Source of the DNA: Haliotis rubra
Lineage: Eukaryota
NCBI RefSeq assembly: GCF_003918875.1
Contig: NW_025765192.1
Span: 1,922,001 to 1,986,000 of the forward strand
Direction: 5' to 3'
DNA: 64,000 nucleotides
The notes below the pieces were generated by a model. The model searched no databases. It had not been told where the DNA came from and saw only the letters and a list, made by a program, of their open reading frames with translations. The translations under genes and the position numbers were made by a program. Of the stretch, positions 1-12,100 are shown piece by piece. Within the stretch, counting starts at the first letter, position 1. Every line of letters starts with the position of its first letter.

Positions 1-1110
1 ACGTGCTTCGTGACATGGTAAACTGTGACATAGTATCTCTGTGAACTAGCACTATGGAAGTGCAAAAGATCCTGACTTACAGTAACAACACACTAATGTC
101 CATGCTGGTCGCTATATGAGGAGGAGGGAGAAAAATAATTGCAGCATCAAAGCATAGACTCAAGAACGGAATTTTGAACTATGACAACTAAGATATGATT
201 TGTTATCAGGCATTCACGAACATTTTTTTGGTGGTGTTTGCTTGGGGTCTTGAGAATAATATTTATTGAATTCTACAAATTGCACATTTTATTGATCAAT
301 TATTGATAATAATCTTGCATGTGATCAATTAACATTAAAGTGATTGTATCTTGCCAAAGAAATGTCATCATGCACAGCAAATATACTAAATGAGAGATGA
401 ATCGTTAAAACCATTTATGCTTTTATCGACTTCGGCATGTGATGCGGTGCAAAATTATTCGCTGTAATTTTCAGCATTTGTGATTGTACTTGATCACTTA
501 GCGACCTTCAAGTTTGTCTATCCACTGGAGCAGAGACACTACTGACGACATAGCAAAACAGTTTGTTCAGTTAACACATTTTTTCTGTGACCATGCTTAC
601 CCACGTAACAATCTGTTAAAAGATTTAATTATTGCGCAGTTCCTTCAAAGTGACGCGAATTTAATTGAATTTATCGGTCAACCCTCGTGTGTCAGTTTGG
701 ATGATAGGTGGCCCAGTTGTCGAAATACGAATCACCTCAAAAGCGTGCACCAGTCTTGAATATTAAAAACCCCAGATTCCATTGGAATGCTGGAGACATT
801 TTAAAAATGGACGATAAATTGAATAAACTTCGTTAGTGTATGATCGTGTATTTAGGTCGTCGTTCCTCTGTCCAAATCAGCCCTGAACAGTTGTCTAGGT
901 TTGTCAGTTCCAAAATGGTTCTCCAAAGTGGTAAACGTCCAAGACTTGCGTAACTTCGGGCTTTTCTCCCACATCAGTCTGACACGCTGTGATAAAACTG
1001 TAATACGTACAGCGGCGCTATATCCAGTTCATCGAAGCACACATATACCATGTACATTTGAAACGCTGTGAACACGAGACAATAGTCAGTATCAATTATG
1101 TCCCTAGGTC

Positions 1111-1360
1111 TTAGTCATACGCCTACTAGTCCTACTCACACTAGTCATACGCCCATTAGTCCTACTCACACTAGTCATACGCCCATTAGTCCTACTCCCA
1201 CTAGCCATACGCCCATTAGTCCTACTCCCACTAGTCATACGCCCATTAGTCCTGCTCTCACTAGTCATACGTCCATTGGTCCTCCTCCCACTAGTCATAC
1301 ACCCATGAGCCCTGCTCCCACTAGTCATACGTTCATTAGTCCTACTCCCACTAGTCATAC
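1111..1360. repeat. 30-bp tandem repeat, ~8 copies; expanded subterminal repeat of the MULE
   Basis: Unit CTAGTCATACGCCCATTAGTCCTACTCCCA. Confidence 0.95.
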
Positions 1361-2482
1361 AGCAAATGAGGGATTAAGTAAAACAACAACAGGCATATAC
1401 CCTTTGCGCAAAATGGACTAGTCCGCTAAATTAGGGGCTAATTAAAGAGCTTGACGTAAGTTTAATCTCTAACACTGAGAATGCCACAGTCTTTGGTAAT
1501 GAAATCATATAAACGAATGTTATTGAAGTAAATTACATTGAAGTTATATGAACATAATACACCATAACCGTTATTAATCAAAAAATTTAAATCAATGTTT
1601 GACTCTAGCATATGACTCTTGTTATTACGGCAGGACTGCTTGAAGTGGAATACGTTACCTCTAGGCGAGGTACACAACAGGTACTGTTTCAAGGAAACCG
1701 TGACAACAAAATTCTACAAAGGAACACTGTATCCACTGGAAGTGTGTTGTGAAGACTTGCCGGGGTAGAGTTACTATAGTTGGAAACCATGTCAGGAACT
1801 CCACTCCAACCATGGCCCACAAGAACCTGACACGGTGAGATTCATCAGCAACATGAGGAAGAGGGCCAGAGAAGAGATTATCCCAATGCCAACCCTGTAT
1901 CAGGAAGCAGTTGCCCAAGAAGACCCTGACGTGGTTCGTCATCTACCATCCTATGCCAGCCTTAGCAGTGCCCTCTACAGACATAGGAGACACACCATTG
2001 CAGCACTCCCCAGACAAGAGGTGATGTGGAACTTGAGGGAAAGTGGACCGAGACAGCTGATGGCAACCTTACCTGTTGTTTGCAGATGGTGAAGACAACG
2101 AAAAGATGTTAGTCTTTTCCTCTTTGGATCAGCTGACTGATTTGCAGTCAGCAGATTACCTGTACATGGATGGTTTCATCATGTCCAGCCCTTAGGAATC
2201 AGGTTTATATCATTTATGCCAGTAGAGGTTCGGAGACATACCCTTGGTGTTTGCCCTTCTTCCCAATCGCCAGAGAACAACCTACTGCCGGCTTTTCCAC
2301 AGGCTGAAGGAAGAAGTACAGCAGAAACTCAACAGAATCCTTGTAGCTATCGGGACTGAATTTCCTGCAGCCAAAGTGACAGTATGCTACTTTCACTTCA
2401 GCCAAGCCATGTGGAGGAAAGTACAAGACCTGGGGCCTGCTGTCCGTGCTGATACTGTTTAAGTGTAGAGATTATGTATATT

Positions 2483-2600
2483 ATCAGATCACAGAATAAG
2501 ATCAGATTATGTATGTTTACTATGCTCAAGATCAGATTATGTATGTATACTACGCTCAAGATCAGATTATGCATGTATACCATGCTGAAAACAGATTATT
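2483..2600. repeat. 30-bp tandem repeat, ~3.5 copies
   Basis: Unit ATCAGATTATGTATGTATACTACGCTCAAG with variants. Confidence 0.85.
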
Positions 2601-3136
2601 AAAGTTCACTGATGTGAAGCTGTATTTTGTTTCTTGGATCATTCAACTTTATTTTTACAAAGGTATTACAAAGTTAGTTGTTGGTGCAGTCAATCATACT
2701 ATATGTTGCTTTAACCCGTATGACTAGTGGGACGTATGACTAGTGGGAGGACACTGTTGTCATTGTTGCATCCCATGGCCATGTCAGGAGCTTCCATCTG
2801 TTGGTTCCTATCCATGATCCAGCCCAAACATGACCCTTGGTAATAGTTTCGCTTAAGTAAAAGATCTATGTTACACCGGAATGTCCACTGCACGAGCTGA
2901 TACGTAAACGCCACGATAACACTAAACTATTCTCAGACTTCAAAGCCATATTGCGTAGGACCACTCAAATCAGTTCCAGCTCCGAACTTCTTTGAAATGT
3001 ACGTTTATAGAGAAAATTAAAATTAAAAAAATATAATATGATAAAAATACATGAAGGTTTGAATAAGAAAAGTTTTTATCTTTGCGTCAGAAGGAAATGC
3101 ATACTATGCAAGGTATATTTTTTGCTATATATCGTT

Positions 3137-6100
3137 TTATCCAATTTCGACGATAGGCTGATGTGGTTGCGATGCGTCACATCGTGGATAGCCATTGTCC
3201 CATACTGCGTGGTATTGGTCGAAACTGACACACGTGATCACGGACGGACCAATCAGATGATAGCCTGCGTGACATCTGAACTGGAATGTGTCTCCAACAT
3301 ACGTAGAAGATCCGGTCATGGCGCCGTTGATAGGTTCTACAGGTCGGGCACACATGTTATCTGATCAGAAAAATTAAAATAACATGTCATGATGCTGTCT
3401 ACAACACAACAAAATATATCTTAAAATATATACTTTAAATGCCAGAAAAGAGGCTATCGAATAGACTCTTAGCACCGAAGACTTGATTTCAACTTTTGTG
3501 TGATGCCTAACTGCGATTCTGCCATTTCCTGCTGTGAGGATGATTGGCCTATTGCAAAAGACCTGCTCATTCACTGTTACTTCATTAACACTTTCAACAT
3601 CTGTGATGACGAATAACGCTGTAGTCTAAATGGAAAATAGTGCCACAGCACCTGGATATGTAATCATTTTACAAAGGAACAAACGTGAATATAACTATTA
3701 ACTGAGGAACAAATTATCACGTACAGGTATCAGGCGTTTACCATTTGTGCGTAATCCACCAATACATGTACTGAGATGACAAATCTAGAAACACACTGAA
3801 TCAACCAGGATTCGAACCCACGACGACATGTTTCTGGGACATCCCAAAATGCGACACTGCACATAAAACGACTGAGACACTTGTATCGTCTACCCCTTCC
3901 CCCACTATTTCCCTAATCCATAATAAATAGACACCGACCATCTGAGATAAAGTCCTTATAAAAATAGAAAAAAACACCTTCTGTAAGTTGAATGGATTTC
4001 CACAGCCAGAAGCTTGTAGCCTGTACTTGCCACTGAATGCTTGGATTGGTACGCGTTGATAATTTGTTTAAGTTGCTTTTTTTATTAAACATTCGTTCGT
4101 TGTCTATAATTTGAAAATGTATCTTCGGCACTAACTGTTTTGGTTCATTTTCAGTGATTCCACTCAGGTTTTTACATATTCATGGACACCTTTTCACTAC
4201 TTGTTCCCTATTAACAACCAAAACTTTTAAACTGTTCAACTTACTCACGGCGATGACGAATAACGCTGTAGTCTAAATGGAAAATAGTGCCACAGCACCT
4301 GGATATGTAATCAACATTACAAACGCCAGTGAGTACAGTCGCTTAACAACAGTTATTGATGCACTTTTCATATTCAGCATTTCAAAATAGGTTTTCAATA
4401 TCGTAGCTAACGATCCATTACTTGTTTGTCAATATGGCCATTACCTATTTCAAACGTTTGAACAAAGGCATCTTTCTCCATTGTGGGAACACAAATGTGA
4501 AGATTCAGCTTTCTGGGTCAAGTAGGTTTGAGAAGTTTACATTTATGAAATGCATCTGGACGAATGTAGGACCATGATATAAATACAAAGGTCAAGTAAA
4601 GGTAAAGTTGTGAAACATAGCGAAAAACAGAACACGCACGAAAGAAGCTGTTTGCGTTTGCTTTTGCAAAGATGAGTTATGAAAAGAAGAGAACGTCCTT
4701 ACAGTTATGTCAAATGGCTTGTTCCTTGATGACCAAAATGGAGATTCAGACCCTACTGACTGGTAAATATGGAAGACGAATGGCTGCGTGTAAATAATTA
4801 TTCATCTCGCTGGCAATCACCCAATCCAACCTCCAAACCACCCAAATGTAAAGATCAACTAATAAATCACATATCGATATTAACACAAATCTCACAGTAC
4901 ATACATGTGCTGTGTGTGATCTGCCACTTGAGGGAATATCCTGAGGTCTGTATGGTGGAATCACTCTCGAACAGAATGAACAGCTGGTTTCCTGAAGACC
5001 GTATTGGAGAATGCTTGATGTTACCACAAAGAGACGCCAAGAGAGGGCTGCTGCTGGAGTTGCCATCAAACACCTGCACGTAGATGTTAATGCAGACAGC
5101 CTATGAGTATATCTCTCCATAAAACCTTCCAACATAATCTAGTCTACATCTAGCATCAGCTGTTTTAAATACTATGGTGATGTTTCAGACAAAACCCTTT
5201 ACAAAGGAACAAGCACGAGTATATTCATTTTACAAAGGAACAAACGTGAATATAACTATTAACTGAGGAACAAATTATCACGTACAGGTATAAATCTTTT
5301 AGATCTGACAGTATAAAGTCTATGAAAAGGAACAGGCAATAATACAACTATTTACTCAGAAATTGTAATCTGAACTTGTTATTGTGATTCACTGTATTAT
5401 TCATTGCTTGTTTCCATTGTTTGCAGGCCCATCATACCACGCGTGTCTAGTTGCGACTATATTCTATCAATATTATGACAATAACTGAGTAAATTCTGTT
5501 TTATGCCGATTGCTTGCAGCACGAAATAGGGCAGGTATCAGGCGTTTACCATTTGTGCGTAATCCACCAATACATGTACTGAGATGACAAATCTAGAAAC
5601 ATACTGAATCAACCAGGAGTCGAACCCACGACGACATGTTTCTGGGACATCCCAAAATGCGAGACTTCACATAAAACGACTGAGACACTTGTATCGTCTA
5701 CCCCTTCCCCCACTATTTCCCTATTCCATAATAAATAGACACCGACCATCTGGCTTCTGAAGTCCTGATCAAAATAGAAAAAGACACCTTCTGTAAGTTA
5801 AATGGATTTCCACAGCCACTCAGGTTTTTACATATTCATGGACACGTTTTCACTACTTGTTTCCTATTAACAACCAAAACTCTAAAACTGTTCAACTTAC
5901 TCACGACACATTATACGTGGTATAAAGAATACAGTAGTTAATAAACCCATGTCACACCTCATCTTGGTAGACTCACCATGAGTGAATCGTCCTTGCAATC
6001 CTTGCTATACTCAATGTCCATCTGAAGCACCTCCAGCAACACCGACGTCCCTGTGTACGTGATGATCCTGTACTCACAAGACATGGACTTTCCGTACCGA

Positions 6101-9100
6101 CCCTGCTGGATGTAGCCGTGGGTCCCGAAGTGAGCCTCGCTGCCACAATCCTGGGACTCTGAAACATTGAGTGAAAATGTTAACATAAAACTTAATCGGG
6201 TTAAATGTTACGCTGAACCATTGAAAACGAACCTTACTATGAAGGAGATGAGCGTGGCTATAGTGAAAAGCTTATTTCATGTCAATGTCTCGGATATTTG
6301 ATTAATACAAGATGTGAAACTAAGATGATGATCATAATTAGATCATGATAGTTATGTATCATATTCTGATTACCATAAAAAGGAGTTTAGGAAGGAGGTT
6401 TTAAACCAAGATGTGGTGACCAAATCTAAGGATCTGCAGCCACACCTCCCACTGTTGAACCGTCTTGAACATGCTATATCTCCGTGAAACACTAACTTGA
6501 TTTTAGTATCAATGTGTCACGTGGCATAGAACTTATTCATAAGCGTCTGTGTTGTCTACCACGTGGTATCTCACGCCCTCTTGGATTTTCTGCCACCAGT
6601 GGCACTGCTGAGCTGGATGCATATCCAGAAATGATCGGAATGGTTCAATATATATAAGTGTGCCAAGTTGGGTGCTTTTAACCCAAAGTGCACGATTTTA
6701 GCCTTAGTCTCCCCACTAATGTATACAATGTTATCTTACGGTGACAGTCTGTCAAAAAGCAATGTGTGCTGTCCAAATCTTTTCCGGGGCACTGTTGCCC
6801 GCTTCCCGACGGAGAAGGGTCGTCACACGTGCGTTTCCGGTATTGTATCCCTACGCCACAGGCCCTAGAACATCTGCTCCATGAAGTCCAAACGCTCCAA
6901 CTGCCGTCTCTGTCTAGTAAATAGGAATATCCGTTCTACCCTTGTAACTGAACCTACACATAATATTGTGGAAAAATAGAACCGTACACAGAGGAAACAC
7001 AGTCGTGAAAAGCGCGGGAATGGATCACTGCAGACCAGCAACGACACCAAGTGCCTGCTACAATGACAAACATGTTCCGCCCCATCGACATATCCCTTTA
7101 ACACTTTACAGACTGATACTTCACATATGGTTGCCTGCAACATCGGAATGCGCAAGTTTGTAAGACGAGTAAGATCAAATGCCAGATTGGATTAATCATG
7201 ATACCTTTCCATTTTTCAGCAGTATATTCCTGAGAAAACCGGTATGTTGGGCTTGAGATTGAAATACTGAGAAGTGCTATGACATGCACCAAACTACTAC
7301 TACAGTTATTTTAGGCTTTCATTGTAATTCTTGTGTATTGTTTACCCTGACACGGCGTGGTGTTACAAGACTTGGACTCGTTGGTCTCCCCATGACACGG
7401 TGTCCCGGCTCCCACAGCAGGGGGATTGCTGCAGAACCTCCTCCGTATCTGAGTCCCCCCTCCACACGGCTGGCTGCAACGCTCCCACTTTCCCCAAGCC
7501 CCCCATGCTCCATCTATGTCTGGAAGTGATGAACATAGCACCCGGAATCATCAGTTCTTAACTCGAAGAATTATTTTCACATTTTATACGAAAGGTATCC
7601 TTGGCACTGAGCTCATTAATTTGGAATTTTATATACGTTTTCACGCCAAAGTTTATGAAAAATAGCATATTCTGTCAATTTTTCTGTGGTTTCATTTAGT
7701 CTTTTGAATACATGCAATTGTATTTTCAGTCACACTCTTTTAATGTGTAGAGTTTGCATTCATGGAAATGTATACTTTGCAAAAAACACGAAACGCAATA
7801 ATATTATTGACTAATGTTCTTTCACTCACTTCCTTTGAATATGTAGTATTCATATTCAGGAAAAGCAAAAGCGGTTTCAGTTGTATACTGTATACATAAA
7901 TAATCAACAGATTTGTGGCTCGTATTTCTACCGTCACAGTGAAAGTGAATCTAAATCTCGATTACGTGACAGTAAATTTGTAATAAATTCGACATTGTAC
8001 GCAATGATAGAGGACAATACCAGCGTTCCCTATGTCTATGTTCATGAGTGAAATGTCTACCTGTAAATACTTTCTCTGCTGAACAGAACAGGAAATGCAA
8101 AGCTTCTTGAAACTACTGAGAATACCTTTCGGATAGGAATAAGCAGTTTGCCTTTCGGATAGGAATAAGCAGTTTACCATTTGGATAAGAATAAGCAATG
8201 TACCTTTCTGATAGGAATAAACTGCCATTGCTAGGTTGTTTCCTCGTCCGTTCTTTCCACACAGGTTGCTTGGTCCATATTTGGCAAATGACGTCAGAGC
8301 ATCAGGGCCAGTTAGACAATCACCGTCCCGGAACAGAGCAAAGACGGGGTATCCCAGCTCATTTGCTGCGTCTGCGCATTCGCGGTAAGCTTCTAGAGTG
8401 TGGAACTCCAGGGTATTCGAATGCTGGTTTTCAATCATAGGGATGGCGGGATGAGAGGCGTTGTTCAGCCAGCATCCGATGTACGAAGCGTCTGGAAAAA
8501 TCATCAAGGATCACAGGTTAAAAGCAAGGAACCTAGAACCTCTGATTGAAGTGCTAAAATCAGATTTTTTCTTCCTGAGATGCAATACATGTATAAACAT
8601 GACCCTTCCTGAGATGCAGGATAAACATGACCCTTCTTGAGATGCAGGATAAACATGACCCTTCTTGAGATGCAGGATAAACATGACCCTTCCTCAGATG
8701 CAGGATAAGCATGACCCTTCCTCAGATGCAGGATAAACATGACCCTTCTTGAGATGCAGGATAAACATGACCCTTCCTCAGATGCAGGATAAACATGACC
8801 CTTCCTCAGATGCAGGATAAACATGACCCTTCTTGAGATGCAGGATAAACATGACCCTTCTTAAGATGCAGGATAAACATGACCCTTCTTCAGACCCCTT
8901 CTTGCAGGATAAGATTCTTGCAGGATAAACATGACCCTTCCTCAGATGCAGGATAAGCATGACCCTTCCTCAGATGCAGGATAAACCTCTTCTTGAGATG
9001 CAGGATAAACATGACAGGCAGGATAAACATGACCCTTCTTGAGATGCAGGATAAACATGACCCTTCTTCTTGACCCTTCTTGAGATGCAGGATAAACATG

Positions 9101-12100
9101 ACCCTTCCTCAGATGCAGGATAAACATGATAAGATGCAGGATAAACATGACCCTTCTTGAGATGCAGGATAAACATGACCCTTCAGGATAAACATGACCC
9201 TTCCTCAGATGCAGGATAAACATGACCCTTCTTGAGATGCAGGATAAACATGACCCTTCTTGAGATGCAGGATAAACATGACCCTTCTTGAGATGCAGGA
9301 TAAACATGACCCTTCTTGAGATGCAGGATAAACATGACCCTTCTTGAGATGCAGGATAAACATGACCCTTCTTCAGATGCAGGATAAACATGACCCTTCC
9401 TCAGATGCAGGATAAACATGACCCTTCTTCAGATGCAGGATAAACATGACCCTTCAGGATGCAGGATAAACATGACCCTTCCTCAGATGCAGGATAAACA
9501 TGACCTTCTTTGAGATGCAGGATTGAGATGCCTTTCTTGATGATGCAGGACATGACCCTTCTTGAGATGCAGGATAAACATGACCTTTCTTGAGATGCAG
9601 GATAAACATGACCCTTCCTCAGATGCAGGATAAACATGACCCTTCTTGAGATGCAGGATAAACATGACCCTTCTTGAGATGCAGGATAAACATGACCCTT
9701 CTTCAGATGCAGGATAAACATGATGCCATGACTTCTTGAGATGCAGGATAAACATGACCCTTCCTCAGATGCAGGATAAACATGACAGGATAAACATGAC
9801 CCTTCTTGAGATGCAGGATAAACATGACCCTTCCTCAGATGCAGGATGCAGGATAAACACATGACCCTTCTTGAGATGCAGGATAAACATGACCCTTCCT
9901 CAGATGCAGGATAAACATGACCCTTCTTGAGATGCAGGATAAACATGACCCTTCCTTGAGATGCAGGATAAACATGACCCTTCTTGAGATGCAGGATAAA
10001 CATGATGCAGGATAAAGCATGACCCTTCCTCAGATGCAGGATAAACATGACCCTTCCTCAGATGCAGGATAAACATGACCCTTCTTGAGATGCAGGATAA
10101 ACATGACCCTTCTTGCAGGATGCTTCTTAAGATGCAGGATGCAGGATAAACATGACCCTTCCTCAGATGCAGGATAAACATGACCCTTCTTCAGATGCAG
10201 GATAAACAAACATGACCCTTCTTTCCTCAGATGATGCAGGATAAACATGACCCTTCCTCAGATGCAGGATAAACATGACCCTTCCCTTCCATGACCCTTC
10301 TTGAGATGCAGGAGATGCAGGATAAACATGACCCTTCCTCAGATGCAGGATAAACATGACCCTTCTTGAGATGCAGGATAAACATGACCTTCTTCAGATG
10401 CAGGATAAACATGACCCTTCTTGAGATGCAGGATAAACATGACCCTTCTTGAGATGCAGGATAAACATGACCCTTCTTAAGATGCAGGATAAACATGACC
10501 CTTCCTCAGATGCAGGATAAACATGACCCTTCCTCAGATGCAGGATAAACATGACCCTTCCTCAGATGCAGGATAAACATGACCCTTCTTAAGATGCAGG
10601 ATAAACATGACCCTTCTTGAGATGCAGGATAAACATGAACCTTCTTGAGATGCAGGATAAACATGACCCTTCCTCAGATGCAGGATAAACATGACCCTTC
10701 CTCAGATGCAGGATAAACATGACCCTTCCTCAGATGCAGGATAAACATGACCCTTCCTCAGATGCAGGATAAACATGGAGAAACAGGATAAACATGACCC
10801 TTCCTGAGATGCAGGATAAACCATGACCCTTCCTCAGATGCAGGAACAACTTGACCAGGACAAGTTTTTGACCCTTCATAAGTATACGATGATCCCAAAA
10901 TCGTAAATGTTCAGTTATCTCCCAAAATCGCACATTTGGTTATTGGTTTGCCCAGAATTCTACATTAAATCCTTTTCTACGGGATGTCTGTAAATTATTT
11001 TGTATAGTTTCAAATATGATTCACCTATAAATACAAATGACTTATAAAGGACTTGATTAACAAATATTCCAAGTTGAAGAGAGATTCAAGTCTCTCTAAA
11101 ACCAGATATTTTACTTTGATACGATGTCTCTTTCAAGATCTGAGGACGTCTCCAAACTCGGGTGAACTTTCTAATCAGCCAATCAAACAGACCATCATAT
11201 CCGATATTTGTATCAGGTAAACATCCTAACACAAACGTTTCCGAATGTACATAAGTAAGGCGGTACGATTATACTGTCTCAGATATTCGATATGTTTTAT
11301 GGGTTTATGTCATCTGCACTAAAATTGAGAACCATGAATTGAATACTGTATTCAGCATGAGTATTCAGCTAACGGGATCGGGTGGTCAGACTCGCTGACT
11401 CGTTCGTGCATGCCATCGTATCTCATCGTAAGTCGATATTCATGATGGCAGGTAGGTTTTGTTAATGATTATTCTTTCGTTTAACACCAAACCTGAGCGG
11501 TCTGTAAATAATCGAGTCTTGATCAGACAATCCAGTGATCAACAGCATGTGCATCCATCTACGCAATTGGGATACGATGACATGTGTCAACCAAGTCAGT
11601 GAGCCTGACCACCCGGTCCCGATAGTCGTCTCTTACGACAAGCATGGACAAAACCAATTCTAACCCGGATCTTCACGGGTGTTTTGTTTAAGCTCTACAT
11701 ACGTATACAAGGTGGCGGACACACGTAGTTCTCATCGCTCGGTTCCGGGCCGCAGTCCTGTCTGATGAAGTCCAGACAGAGCCTTGACCTCTTGGCGTTG
11801 CAGTTGATGTCACAAGGACTCCAGTCGGAAAATGGCCCCCAGGCGTAGTGGGGTGTGGTTTTGGGTAGGGGCGGCGGGGTTCGGACGTGATGGGGTAGGT
11901 TGGGTGGTGTAGCGAATTGGTGGCCCTTGACAGGATGGAGAGGCGGTGGTGTCGGTCGTACGGCGGGCGGCGTGGTGGAAAGTCGTGGAGGAGCGTGAAG
12001 GTTTGTTGCTGAAAGTGTGATCCAAACATGTCGAAAGATCGTGGAATAAAACGGATAAGTAAAGCGACCCTGAAAAGCATTAGACAATCGGTTACTCGTT

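Larger units (their letters stand above)
1099..2753 (+). mobile_element. Decayed Mutator-like (MULE) DNA transposon with FLYWCH zinc finger
   Basis: Frameshifted remnants IHWKCVVKTCRGRVT (~1730, FLYWCH-like), ADYLYMDG (~2150), VFALLPN and CYFHFSQAMWRKVQ (MULE transposase). The left repeats CTAGTCATACG (1111-1360) are inverted relative to CGTATGACTAGTGGGA x2 at 2717-2752. Confidence 0.75.

Noticed and set aside
1098-1421. SHTPISPTPT-repeat ORF resembling a mucin or the Pol II CTD
   Set aside because: It is a translation of a MULE subterminal repeat and has no gene context.
4249-4298. Possible small astacin exon with AG and GTGAGT boundaries
   Set aside because: In the required phase it hits TAG after 8 codons, and the CUB exon splices in frame to the sushi exon without it.
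8504-10933. Many ORFs (MFILHLKKGHVYPAS...) and a CRISPR-like look
   Set aside because: These are translations of a head-to-tail 28-bp satellite with no unique spacers and no cas genes, inside a eukaryotic intron.
12069-12071. TTTTCAG acceptor at 12069 for the linker exon
   Set aside because: It is phase 0 whereas the upstream exon ends in phase 1.
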